Positions 1 to 10,664 of a stretch of 64,000 nt of DNA are shown here, piece after piece. Every line of letters starts with the position of its first letter. The first letter of the stretch is position 1. Source of the stretch: an uncultured delta proteobacterium. GTDB taxonomy: Bacteria > Desulfobacterota > Desulfobaccia > Desulfobaccales > 0-14-0-80-60-11. The translations under genes were made by a program, and so were the position numbers. The notes under the pieces were generated by a model. That model was not told the origin of the DNA. It saw nothing but the letters and a program-made list of their open reading frames with translations, and searched no databases. The DNA is taken from the NCBI GenBank assembly GCA_963812015.1, contig CAWETI010000002.1:576001-640000 (forward strand), given 5' to 3'.

Positions 1-1
1 C

Positions 2-346
2 ACCAATCTGGCGGACGAACTCATCTCCCTGGAGACCCCGGTGGGCGACGAAGGGGACCGCCTGGGGGACTTCATCCGCAATGACAAGGCGGTGTCTCCC
101 TACGAGGCTATTCTTGAGTCCCAACTCGGCGAAAAGACCGACACCATCCTGACCACCCTCACCGCCCGGGAAGAAAAGATCATGAAGATGCGGTTTGGGA
201 TCGGCGAGGAAGTGGAGCACACCCTGGAAGAAATCGGGCGGGCTTTTAAGGTGTCCCGGGAACGCATCCGGCAGATTGAGAAAAAGGCTCTCAAACGCTT
301 AAAGCATCCCACCCGCAAAGCGGCGCTGGAAGATTTTCTGGAATAA
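2..346 (+). CDS. RpoD-like sigma-70 factor, C-terminal part (5' end outside window)
   Basis: Frame is open from position 2 (TNLADELISLETPVGDEGD..LGDFI). Region 4 HTH is TLEEIGRAFKVSRERIRQIEKKALKRLKHP. Confidence 0.93.
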   Translation, partial: TNLADELISLETPVGDEGDRLGDFIRNDKAVSPYEAILESQLGEKTDTILTTLTAREEKIMKMRFGIGEEVEHTLEEIGRAFKVSRERIRQIEKKALKRLKHPTRKAALEDFLE

Positions 347-397
347 GGTCCGGGGGTTATAAACGGCCCCGGCATCGATCTTGGGAGGGATTGAACG

Positions 398-784
398 ATG
401 GCAGGACTGAGCCCTGAGAAGCTGGATGAGACAAAAGCGCGCTTGCTGGATCGGAAACGGCGCCTTTGGCAGGAGGTCAAGCAACAGCTCAAGAGCAACA
501 TCGGCGACGGCTATCAGGAGATGCTGGCTGCGGCCCGGGATGAAGAGGACCAGGCCACCGTCAGTTTGATGGCCGAAACCAATCTCACCCTCTTGGGACC
601 GAAACGGCAGGAATTGGAGGCCATCGAAGAGGCCCTGAACCGGCTGGAAAACGGCGTGTACGGTCTCTGCGAGGTCTGCGGCCAACCCATCGAGCCGCGT
701 CGACTGGAGATCATGCCGGAGGCGCTTCTCTGCCGCAATTGCATGTCCCATCGGGAAAAGCTGGCCAAGGCCACGGCACGCTGA
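398..784 (+). CDS. DksA/TraR family C4 zinc-finger protein
   Basis: Coiled coil with DxxDxA (DEEDQA), then YGLCEVCGQPI...RL..MP.A.LCRNC. Confidence 0.9.
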   Translation: MAGLSPEKLDETKARLLDRKRRLWQEVKQQLKSNIGDGYQEMLAAARDEEDQATVSLMAETNLTLLGPKRQELEAIEEALNRLENGVYGLCEVCGQPIEPRRLEIMPEALLCRNCMSHREKLAKATAR

Positions 785-808
785 TTGCGGCAATTCTTCC
801 GGATGCCG

Positions 809-841
809 ACGGGCGGGGGTAATCCTCCCGCCCGTTTTTTG
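809..841 (+). terminator. Rho-independent terminator
   Basis: Stem acgggcggggg / ctcccgcccgt followed by a T run, 25 nt after the DksA-like stop. Confidence 0.8.
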
Positions 842-976
842 TGGGGGGCGGGGGCAGCCCCGGATACCGCGACCCGGCGCGGCGGCGAGGGCTAAAGACC
901 GTCGGGATTATCACTCTCCCGGAGAGCCGATCAACCTTTCCCACCTGGCTAAAGGACGCGAGGTCAAGAATCAACC

Positions 977-1774
977 ATGTTGACAATTATGCTGATTTAT
1001 CTGGGGCTGGGGGCCGTGGTGGGGATGCTGGCCGGCTTACTCGGGGTGGGCGGGGGGCTGGTCATTGTACCCATAGTGGTCTTCACCCTGACCTGGCAGG
1101 GGGTGCCAAGCGAATACCTGATGCACCTGGCCCTGGGCACCTCCATGGCCAGCATCATCTTTACCTCGGTATCGAGTTTTTGGGCCCACCACAAGCGGGG
1201 CGCGGTGCATTGGCTGGTGGTGCGCCGGATCGTCCTGGGCATCCTGGTAGGGACCTTTCTCGGTTCGTGCCTGGCCTCACGGCTGTCCACCAACGCCCTG
1301 AAAGGCATTTTCGTGATCTTTATCTACTACATGGCGTTTCAGATGCTGACCAATATAAAGCCCAAGCCGACACGCACCCTGCCCGGGCCGCTGGGCATGT
1401 TCGGGGTGGGCAACGGCATCGGGGCGGTGTCCAGTCTCGTGGGGATCGGCGGCGGGATGCTGTCGGTACCCTTCATGGTGTGGTGCAATATGACGGTCCA
1501 CGAGGCCATCGGGACCTCGGCGGCTATCGGCTTCCCCATCGCCATCGCCGGGGCGGTGGGCTATATCGTCAACGGGCTGCAGGTTGCAGGTTTGCCGGCT
1601 TATTCCCTGGGGTACGTGTACCTGCCGGCCCTGGCCGGCATTGTCGTCGCCAGCGTCCTCACCGCGCCTCTCGGGGTGCGTCTGGCCCATAGCCTGCCCG
1701 TCGCCAAGCTCAAGCGGATCTTCGCAATCTTTCTCTTCGTTATGGGGACCAAAATGCTCATCGGCCTGTTTTAG
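977..1774 (+). CDS. TSUP (TauE/SafE) family membrane transporter
   Basis: Very hydrophobic; duplicated motif AGLLGVGGGLVIVP / SSLVGIGGGMLSVP; A.GTS motifs. Confidence 0.9.
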   Translation: MLTIMLIYLGLGAVVGMLAGLLGVGGGLVIVPIVVFTLTWQGVPSEYLMHLALGTSMASIIFTSVSSFWAHHKRGAVHWLVVRRIVLGILVGTFLGSCLASRLSTNALKGIFVIFIYYMAFQMLTNIKPKPTRTLPGPLGMFGVGNGIGAVSSLVGIGGGMLSVPFMVWCNMTVHEAIGTSAAIGFPIAIAGAVGYIVNGLQVAGLPAYSLGYVYLPALAGIVVASVLTAPLGVRLAHSLPVAKLKRIFAIFLFVMGTKMLIGLF

Positions 1775-1841
1775 GCCGGAGAACTCCGAGCTGGCCGGTT
1801 CATAGGCACTGGCGAAAATCCGTCCCCAAGGCGACCCATTA

Positions 1842-2798
1842 CTAGGGGTTCAGCGTCGTGCGCCGACAGGCCGGGGGCACTGCTCCAGCAGATCCGCTTA
1901 TCGGCAGAATCGCCGCCTTGCGACGGTGGGCCGCAACGCTGGGGTTGAACCAGAAGATATTCCGGCCCTTGACGCCCTCAAGGTCAGGAGTTTCGTACCA
2001 CCGCCCCTTGCTCAGATGCGCCGCCCGGTAGCCGTAGCCGGTAAGAAAGTCCGCAATGGCCGCTTTGCTGGCCCCCGCGGCTTTCAGGTTCTTTTCCTCC
2101 ATTTCCATCAGCCACAGCGGGGGTGAGTCCTGGATGAGCCCTTCGGCCCCCTGCAGCACGGCCAGCTCCGCCCCCTCCGCGTCCAGCTTGATGAGGTCGG
2201 GGGGGCGCAGGCCCTCGGACCTCAGGAAGTGGTCCAGGGCCACCGTCCGGCAGACCTCCCGGCCGGCCTGACCCCGGCCCGCCGGGTAGAGGCTGGCGCT
2301 GCTGTCGGCAATGTCCCCGGCGACATGGAGCACCGCCTCACCCTCCCGGTCGGCGACGGCCACGGGGTAGGCCTTGATATTCCGGTAGGCATTCAAGGCG
2401 AGGTTCTCGGTCAGCCGGGCATAGGCGTTCCGTCCCGGTTCAAAGGCCACGATTTGGCCGCGGTTGGTCAGGGCCGTGGCCGCCACCAGGGTAAAGTAGC
2501 CCACGTTGGCGCCCACATCCCAGAACACCTCGTCCCCCTCCATGAGCCGCTGCACCAGATCGGCTTCATAGCGTTCGTGATAATGCCCGTAGAAATAGAC
2601 CTTCATCTGCTCCGGGTCTTGTAAATCCAGCTTCATGCGAAAACCCTTGTCCAGCCGGACGACGGCATACCGGTTCCCCGGCTTAAGAGCGGCATGGAGC
2701 CGCTCATACAGAAAAGCCTTGCCGTCCCGCAGGGGAAATTTGCTGAGGTACCAGCGGAAAATACCCCGGAAGGCCGACTTGGGCCAGGAATCAGGCAT
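1842..2798 (-). CDS. FkbM family methyltransferase
   Basis: FWDVGANVGYFT, AFEP, LIKLDAEGAELAVLQG. Start moved to MPDSW (2798), which follows a GGAG RBS. Confidence 0.88.
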   Translation of the reverse strand: MPDSWPKSAFRGIFRWYLSKFPLRDGKAFLYERLHAALKPGNRYAVVRLDKGFRMKLDLQDPEQMKVYFYGHYHERYEADLVQRLMEGDEVFWDVGANVGYFTLVAATALTNRGQIVAFEPGRNAYARLTENLALNAYRNIKAYPVAVADREGEAVLHVAGDIADSSASLYPAGRGQAGREVCRTVALDHFLRSEGLRPPDLIKLDAEGAELAVLQGAEGLIQDSPPLWLMEMEEKNLKAAGASKAAIADFLTGYGYRAAHLSKGRWYETPDLEGVKGRNIFWFNPSVAAHRRKAAILPISGSAGAVPPACRRTTLNP

Positions 2799-2886
2799 AT
2801 GGCTCCTTTTAGCTTTCAGCTGGCAGCGATCAGCTTTCAGCAAAATCATAACCCATCTAGAATTTAGAGAAATCTGCCTGCTTATC

Positions 2887-3693
2887 TCACGGCAGGCGCC
2901 GGTGGCGCAGGCAGGGCAGTTCCCGGCGCAGGCGCTGGAGGCGTTCATAGTCCAGCCGGGCCAGGATCACCCCTTCGCCGTCCGGGGCCTGGGCCAGCAC
3001 CAGCCCCCAGGGGTCAATGATGAGGGAGCGCCCATAGGTGCAACGTCCCGGCACGTGTTGTCCGCATTGGGCCGGGGCCACCACATACGCCAAATTTTCA
3101 ATGGCCCGGGCCCGGAGCAGCACTTCCCAGTGATCCCGGCCGGTGGCCACCGTGAAGGCCGCGGGGAGCAGGAAGAGGTTGGCCCCCCGGCTGACCTGGG
3201 CCCGGAAGAGTTCGGGAAAACGCAGGTCATAGCAGATGGCCAGCCCGGCGGTAAAGGGCGCGCCCGGCAGCGCCGCGGTCACCACCTCGTCCCCCGGCTG
3301 GGTGCACTCCGACTCCCGGGAGGGCGGGGCGCCGGGCAAGTCCACGTCGAAGAGGTGCAGCTTGCGGTAGGAGGCCAGGATCTGGCCCCGGGGACCCAAG
3401 AGGAGGCTGGTGTTGTAGGGCCGGGCCTTGCCCGGGGCGTGCTCGGGGAAGGAGCCCAGGAGGAGCAGGATTCCCAGTTTCCCGGCCAGTTCCCGGAAAC
3501 GGCTCACCAGGGGGCCGTCCAGTGGCTGGGCCACGGCCGCAGTGTCGGCCGGGCCCCCCAAACAGGCGAAATGCTCCGGCAAGGCCACCAGCCGGACGCC
3601 CCGGGAGGCGGCCTCCTCAACCAGGGCCTGGGCCCGGGCCAGGTTGGCCTCCATATCCGGCGTGGAATTGAGTTGTACGGCGGCAACCCACAT
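2887..3693 (-). CDS. Carbon-nitrogen hydrolase (nitrilase/Nit family)
   Basis: VAAVQL, LPE, YRKLHLFDV, GLAICYDLRFPE, RARAIEN. Start moved to MWVAAVQ because the upstream part of the ORF is repeat DNA. Confidence 0.92.
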   Translation of the reverse strand: MWVAAVQLNSTPDMEANLARAQALVEEAASRGVRLVALPEHFACLGGPADTAAVAQPLDGPLVSRFRELAGKLGILLLLGSFPEHAPGKARPYNTSLLLGPRGQILASYRKLHLFDVDLPGAPPSRESECTQPGDEVVTAALPGAPFTAGLAICYDLRFPELFRAQVSRGANLFLLPAAFTVATGRDHWEVLLRARAIENLAYVVAPAQCGQHVPGRCTYGRSLIIDPWGLVLAQAPDGEGVILARLDYERLQRLRRELPCLRHRRLP

Positions 3694-3708
3694 AAGCAGT
3701 AAGCAGTG

Positions 3709-3942
3709 ATACCAAGTTTCGTTCGAAGAGCTATTTTTTGTAGCCGCAGGCTTTACCGTGCAAAACTTCAAATCCCCTTGAATCCCCCTTTTCCAAAGGG
3801 GGACTTTAATACCTCCCTTTGAAAAAGGGGGGCAGGGGGGATTTTTCATCCTCGGGGGTGAAACATTGGTGGTTCATGAACGTTTAGCCTGCGCCTGCAC
3901 AGGTGAGACGCCTGTGCCACCTGTTTGATTGTTGCTCGGTAT
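3709..3942. repeat. Nested repeat: GTAG-type REP interrupted by a ~127-bp MITE-like element (3756-3882), inside weak outer inverted repeats
   Basis: gtagccgcaggc-TTTA-[insert]-TTTA-gcctgcg. The uninterrupted REP is at 10632-10654. The insert core (ccccttttccaaaggggg...ccctttgaaaaagggggg) recurs at ~5620-5700 and at 7522-7591/10301-10365. Confidence 0.75.
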
Positions 3943-4061
3943 GAGCAGTCAGCAGATATTCCAAGATTCCGGGTACGTTATGTTTGCTGAAGGCTAAGCG
4001 CTGAAAGCCAAAACCTAAAACCTACAACTTGCACTTTCTCCCTCAGATAATTATCACAGGG

Positions 4062-5531
<1,470 letters not shown>

Positions 5532-5559
5532 GAGGATTCCAGCGCGTTATTTAAGATAT

Positions 5560-5740
5560 TATAGCAATTGCCAAAAGTTCTTTCCGTTATGGAACATGCT
5601 CCAGGAACCTAAATCCCCCCTACCCCCCTTTTCCAAAGGGGGGAACTTAGCGGAATTCCTTTTAAAGTCCCCCTTTGAAAAAGGGGGATTTAGGGGGATT
5701 TAAAAACCATCACTGAGAAGAATTTTTGGCAAACGCTATA
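5560..5740. repeat. MITE-like element with terminal inverted repeats
   Basis: Ends are tatagcaattgccaaaagttct and agaatttttggcaaacgctata (imperfect inverted repeat, TA at both ends). Internal C/G-run hairpin core is shared with the 3756-3882 element. Confidence 0.7.
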
Positions 5741-5814
5741 ACCTTAGCGCCTGGGCCGATGGGTCTCCCTTTCACCTAACATAAGGAATCCTTACGCCAT
5801 CTGCAAGCGGGGAT

Positions 5815-7497
5815 TTACGTCGGGCCGGCCACCCGGTCTTGAAACTCGGCCGGGGTCAGGGCCATGAAGCCCAGGGCCCGGCTGAGCTGCACCACCGCCG
5901 GGGGCACCAGGTGCGCCCGGGTCAATGCCTCGGCTGCGGCCAGCACCTGCCGGGTGGGGCCGTCCAGGAGGACCCGGCCGTCCAGCAGGACCACCAGGCG
6001 CCTGGCATAGGTGGCGGCGGCCCACATGGAGTGGGTCACCATGATCACCGTGTGGCCCTGGGCGTGGAGTTCCCGGACCAACCCCAGGAGGTCCTGCTGC
6101 TCCCGGTGGTCCAGGCCGGTGGTGGGCTCATCCAGGATGATCACCTGGGGGGCCAGGGCCAGGACCCCGGCCACGGCCAGGCGCTGGCGCTGACCCTTGG
6201 TGAGGGAGAAAGGGTCGTCCCGGGCCCGGTCCAGGAGATGCACCCGCATCAGGGCGGCCTCAACCCGGCGCTCCACCTCCGGGGGCGCCAGGCCCAGGAG
6301 GCGAACCCCGAAGGCCACCTCTTCCCAGACCTCGGTGGCGAAAAGTTGGTGGTCCGGGTTCTGAAAGACATAGCCCACCCGGAAATTTTCGCCCGGCTGC
6401 TGCCACACTTCCCCGTCCTGAGGCGTCAATAAGCCCCGGAGGAGCTTCAGCACGGTGGTCTTGCCGCTGCCGTTGGGCCCCAGGATGGCGGTGAGCTCCC
6501 CGGCCCGGCAGGCGAGGGAGAAGTCTTGGAAGACCGGCGGGGCGCCCGGATAGGCAAAGGTCACCCGACGCAGGGCCAGAATTTCTGGTGCCGGGGCCTC
6601 CTGGTCCGGGGCTTCGGCAGCAGGGCCGGGGGCCGGGCGGCCGGTCCACCCCAGGCTGCGGGCCTGGACCATCGCCTCGGTTAGGGTGAGGGGGAGGGTC
6701 GCCTGGCCCAGATCGTGGAACAGGGCGGGCAGTTCCGGCGGGTTGAGGCCGAGGGTGCGCAGGAGTTCCACTTCCCGCAAGATCCGGTCCGGGGGGCCGT
6801 CGGCCAGGATTGCCCCCCGGTTAAGGAGGACGATGCGGGAGCAGAGGCGGGCCAGGCGCAAATCTTCTCCCAGGAGGACCAGGGTGAGGTCCCGGGCCCG
6901 GCCGAGGCGGTCCAGGGTGGCCAGCAGTTCCTCCACCCGCACGGGGTCGAGATCGGTGGTGGGTTCATCCAGGACCAGCAGGCGGGGCGCCGACGCCAGG
7001 ACCGCGGCCAGGGCCAAAAGCTGCTTCTGCCCGCCGGAGAGGGTGGCGGGGTCCCGGTCATCCAGGCCGGCCAGCCCCATAAGGGCCAGGCACTCCCCGA
7101 CCCGTTGCCGCAGCTCCTCCCGGGGCAGCGCCAGGTTTTCCGGACCGAAGGCCACCTCCTGGTCCACCCGGGTGGAGAAGAGCTGGGCCTCGAAATCCTG
7201 GAGCAGAATCCCCACCCGTCCCGCTAACTGGCGGGGCCGGCAGGTTGTGGTAAGACATCCGTCCACCTCGATCTCACCCCGGAAATCCCCCTTAATCATC
7301 CGGGGGATGAGACCCTGGAGGCAGAGGGCCAGGGTGGATTTCCCGGCTTCGCTGGGGCCCAGGATAGCCAGGCGCTCGCCGGCCTTGATCTCCAGGCTAA
7401 GCCCCTGGAATACAGGACGGGCGGCTTTCTTGTAGCGGAAATAGAGATCAGTGATCTTGACGATAGGATCGATTGGCTGCACATGCTTACCCGTCAT
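5815..7497 (-). CDS. ECF transporter ATPase with duplicated ABC domains
   Basis: Two Walker A motifs (GPSEAGKST, GPNGSGKTT), LSGGQKQ / LTKGQRQR, DEPT twice, Q-helix QLF..V..EVAFG. Confidence 0.92.
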   Translation of the reverse strand: MTGKHVQPIDPIVKITDLYFRYKKAARPVFQGLSLEIKAGERLAILGPSEAGKSTLALCLQGLIPRMIKGDFRGEIEVDGCLTTTCRPRQLAGRVGILLQDFEAQLFSTRVDQEVAFGPENLALPREELRQRVGECLALMGLAGLDDRDPATLSGGQKQLLALAAVLASAPRLLVLDEPTTDLDPVRVEELLATLDRLGRARDLTLVLLGEDLRLARLCSRIVLLNRGAILADGPPDRILREVELLRTLGLNPPELPALFHDLGQATLPLTLTEAMVQARSLGWTGRPAPGPAAEAPDQEAPAPEILALRRVTFAYPGAPPVFQDFSLACRAGELTAILGPNGSGKTTVLKLLRGLLTPQDGEVWQQPGENFRVGYVFQNPDHQLFATEVWEEVAFGVRLLGLAPPEVERRVEAALMRVHLLDRARDDPFSLTKGQRQRLAVAGVLALAPQVIILDEPTTGLDHREQQDLLGLVRELHAQGHTVIMVTHSMWAAATYARRLVVLLDGRVLLDGPTRQVLAAAEALTRAHLVPPAVVQLSRALGFMALTPAEFQDRVAGPT

Positions 7498-7604
7498 GGT
7501 GAATAATAGCCGCAGGCTTTACCGTGAACAACTTCAAATCCCCCTAAATCCCCCTTTTCCAAAGGGGGACTTTAATACCCCCCTTTGAAAAGGCGATTAT
7601 TTAC

Positions 7605-7633
7605 TTGACAAATACATATCGCTAATTTATATT
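7605..7633 (+). promoter_or_regulatory. Sigma-70 promoter inside the left IS end
   Basis: TTGACA-17 nt-TATATT upstream of the transposase. Confidence 0.65.
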
Positions 7634-7783
7634 CTATTTCAAGCGGTTTGACGGCCTTCCTCTGCGCCGGAGTATCCGCAGATAGCTCTCGATTTTGGTT
7701 GATATTTGGAAAAAAATAAATATTGCTCTCCGGGCAATATACCGGAGGGCAACAATAAAAAACCCATTTTAAGGGAATCAGCC

Positions 7784-8758
7784 ATGAAGATGCACGATGC
7801 CACCTTTGATGAAAAAAGGTTCCATGATGAGAACGCGGCCCGCCAATTTCTTGAGGCGATTATCTGGCCTAACGGCCCGGTATGCCCCCATTGTGGCGCA
7901 AGTGGCCGTATTTGCCGCATTGAAGCACAGAGCAAAGAGAAAGGCAAGGGTGCGCGCCCTGGCCTGCGTGCCTGTGGCGATTGTCGCAAACAGTTCACTG
8001 TCACTGTCGGCACCGTCTTTGAACGCAGCAAGGTTCCTCTCCATAAATGGCTATTGGCTACACATTTGATCTGCTCAAGCAAGAAAGGCATATCAAGCCA
8101 CCAGTTAGGCCGCACCTTGAAAGTGACCTATAAAACGGCTTGGTTCATGTCGCACCGCATCCGCGAAGCGATGAAGCCTGTTAACCCTGGAATGTTGGGC
8201 GGCGGGAATAATCCGGTTGAAGCCGATGAAACTTTTGTGGGAAGTAAGCCGGGGAGAAAAAAGCGCCGTGGTTATGCACATAAAAACGCCGTCCTCTCGC
8301 TTGTTGAGAGAAACGGCGCCGTCCGCTCTTTCCATGTCCCCAGCGTCAATGCCGATACCTTGAAGCCCTATCTCAAGGCCAACATCACCCCGGATGCTCA
8401 CCTTATGACCGATGATGCAGGGCAATATAGGCTTATAGGCCCTGAGTTTGCCAGGCATGATGTTGTTTGTCATAGTGCTGGGGAGTATGTGAGAGGTAAG
8501 GCGCACACGAATACGGCTGAGGGGTTTTTCAGTATCTTTAAGCGCGGCATCTACGGGGTTTACCAGCACGTTAGCCCCTTCCATCTGCACCGCTATACCA
8601 CGGAGTTTGACTTCCGCTATAACCATCGTGAGAAGCTGGGCTTTGATGATACTGAGAGAGAAGCCCAAGCCCTCAAGGGCATTTCCGGCAAACGTCTGAC
8701 CTATCGGCGGACTGACCAAACTTCTTTGTCCCTTCAAGAAGGGGAAGAAATGCACTAG
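7784..8758 (+). CDS. IS1595 family transposase
   Basis: WPNGPVCPHCG zinc ribbon, C..CRKQFTVTVGTVFE, KGISS.QL, VEADET, LMTDD, HTNTAEGFFS.FKR, EFDFRYN. ATG at 7784 follows AAGGGA. Confidence 0.95.
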   Translation: MKMHDATFDEKRFHDENAARQFLEAIIWPNGPVCPHCGASGRICRIEAQSKEKGKGARPGLRACGDCRKQFTVTVGTVFERSKVPLHKWLLATHLICSSKKGISSHQLGRTLKVTYKTAWFMSHRIREAMKPVNPGMLGGGNNPVEADETFVGSKPGRKKRRGYAHKNAVLSLVERNGAVRSFHVPSVNADTLKPYLKANITPDAHLMTDDAGQYRLIGPEFARHDVVCHSAGEYVRGKAHTNTAEGFFSIFKRGIYGVYQHVSPFHLHRYTTEFDFRYNHREKLGFDDTEREAQALKGISGKRLTYRRTDQTSLSLQEGEEMH

Positions 8759-9085
8759 ACGCTGCCCCTTTCAAATCCGCCCCAAGAACAAACCGGAATG
8801 CGCGCTAATTACGCGATTTCGCTTTAAAACTCCATGACTTCTCGTCTACCTTTGTGCTATGGTGACTTTGCGAGAATGACCATATCTAAGGAGACGAGAA
8901 GTCATGAATAAATGCCCCTTTCAGCCCAAAAAAGATTGTCCTATTGAAAATTGCCATTTTTATATTGAATTGGCACACGAATGCGCTTTCGTTTTTACTG
9001 CAAATTCTCTTGTAAGAATTGAGAACCTTTTGCAGCGATTTTATCATGATTTTAAAAACCCACCAATCCAAATTACTGATTAATT

Positions 9086-9256
9086 TTATTGTAAGGTCAA
9101 GGTATTGTATAGGGCAGTAATAATTCCTTGATGAGGATAAAGCCCAAAAAGGGCCTCTAAATCTGATAGAGTTATACCACCCTCAACTTTGATGAAATCC
9201 TTAACCAAGGCAACCACTTTGTCTTGGAGGATTTGCTTTTTGCTTTGCTCTACCAT
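9086..9256 (-). CDS. Small hypothetical passenger protein (56 aa, not in ORF track)
   Basis: MVEQSKKQILQDKVVALVKDFIKVEGGITLSDLEALFGLYPHQGIITALYNTLTLQ, preceded by a strong RBS AAGGAGGT. Confidence 0.55.
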   Translation of the reverse strand: MVEQSKKQILQDKVVALVKDFIKVEGGITLSDLEALFGLYPHQGIITALYNTLTLQ

Positions 9257-9273
9257 TTTACCACCTCCTTAAG

Positions 9274-10041
9274 ATGACTGATATATTTGCCGATTCAAAA
9301 ATCCGTCTCGCACAAGCAAAGAGACATATCCTTACACTTAAGAAAGAGATTAGGGCTTTCCTCGAAAAGTATGCAAAAAAGACCTACGTTATTTAAACCG
9401 ATCCCTCTGATTCTGATTGCTATTTGCATAAAATCAAAATTACAGAGAGACCTTCTCAAGAAATCGTAGCCTTTACTACTGATATTATTGACAATCTCAG
9501 GGCAGCCCTTGACATTGCTTGGCATAATCTTGCCGTTACCGGTGGGTTTGTCAGTCCCCAATTCGAAGCGAAGTTTCCTTTTGCTGATAATGTCACGAAG
9601 TTTAATGGTATGCTGGACAGAGGATTCAAGAATTTCTCGCCAGAGATTGTCGCGCTTGCGATGGGGTTCAAGCCATACAAAGGAGGGGACGATCTGCTCT
9701 GGGCACTGAACAGGATATGTGCTGCAAATAAGCACCGCCTGCTTACTACCCAATTTATTGGTTTTCACAAGATTGAGGGAGGAATTACAAAGTGGGGTCC
9801 CGGAGAGGTTCCTTCTGACATGAGGTGGGATCACACAAAAAATGAGATCATATTTTTCCGTACCCATGGTGAGATATGGACTGATTGCAATATACACGTT
9901 ACCTTTGTAATATCCTTTGATAAATCTATTGATGTCGTGGGACAGAAGCCAGTCACTACTACGCTTAACGCCTTGGCTGATAAAGTCGAGAACATCTTGA
10001 AAGCTCTTGAAGGGGCGGCACAGACATTGGGGGTTGCCTAA
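9274..10041 (+). pseudogene. Passenger gene (~255 codons, possibly HEPN-like) with an in-frame TAA at 9394-9396
   Basis: ATG 9274 is in frame with the track ORF 9424..10041 and is separated from it by a single stop. Motifs: NLRAALD, FPF, PYKGG..LLWAL...NKHRLL. Confidence 0.6.
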
Positions 10042-10089
10042 GCCGATTTTGGCCTTGCCTTTTCCCATCGGCTGGCCTATTCTGTAACC

Positions 10090-10227
10090 ATGGACCAGCC
10101 CATGAAGGACAAGCCCCAAAAGGGGAAAATCCATCCTGACGAAATCGACGTGCTTCGCAGGATGCTTACAACCCCGCCCCAGCCACGCAAAAAGGCGCAG
10201 AAAAAGGCAGAGAAAGAAGCTAAGTAA
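10090..10227 (+). CDS. Small basic hypothetical protein near the right IS end (45 aa)
   Basis: MDQPMKDKPQKGKIHPDEIDVLRRMLTTPPQPRKKAQKKAEKEAK. The VLRRML.TPP.P motif resembles small ORFs I recall next to IS1595 elements (unverified). Confidence 0.4.
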   Translation: MDQPMKDKPQKGKIHPDEIDVLRRMLTTPPQPRKKAQKKAEKEAK

Positions 10228-10409
10228 CCGTTTTGCCTATTCTTCGTGTCTTTCTTGTAAAGTTTTCCAAAACATAGCATTCTTCAAGTATACCATCCCC
10301 TTTGAAAAAGGGGGGCAGGGGGGATTTTTTATCATTAGGGATAAAATATTTGTGGTTCATGAACGTTTAGCTTCCACTCGGGGCTTATAAAAACCCCATA
10401 GCATTTGAG

Positions 10410-10568
10410 TTAGTTCCACTCGGGCTTTGGGTCAGGAATAAAGGTTAGACCGACACCACAACCCAGAAACATGGCTCTGACAAGCCAGCCACCAGGAACC
10501 CTTGCCCTGTCCGTCCACCAATTAGGGTTGTCTTTAGCTTATATCTTCTCCCATTCCAATTTTGCCAT
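10410..10568 (-). pseudogene. Small Trp-rich hypothetical gene with internal stop
   Basis: MAKLEWEKI*AKDNPNWWTDRARVPGGWLVRAMFLGCGVGLTFIPDPKPEWN; purine-rich RBS upstream; TAA at 10539-10541. Confidence 0.5.
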
Positions 10569-10631
10569 CTCATTTCTCCCCCTTTTCTATGTCTATAATC
10601 CGGTGATTATAGGCGGGAATTGCATTTCCCA

Positions 10632-10654
10632 CGCAGGCTAAAGCCTGCGGCTAC
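10632..10654. repeat. GTAG-type REP palindrome
   Basis: cgcaggctaaagcctgcggctac, which is the reverse complement of GTAGccgcaggctttagcctgcg; lies just after the S-component stop. Confidence 0.7.
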
Positions 10655-10664
10655 CAATGATACT

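Larger units (their letters stand above)
7592..10300 (+). mobile_element. IS1595-family element (ISNwi1-like ends) carrying passenger ORFs, 2709 bp
   Basis: 8-bp target duplication TTTGAAAA at 7584-7591 and 10301-10308. Imperfect TIRs ggcgattatttacttga / tcaagtataccatcccc (13/17 match). It splits a copy of the 3756-3882 repeat. Interior is AT-rich. Confidence 0.9.

Noticed and set aside
9295..10134. 279-aa minus-strand ORF in the IS cargo
   Set aside because: Antisense to the plus-strand gene, which has recognisable motifs; no motif support of its own, although it cannot be fully excluded.
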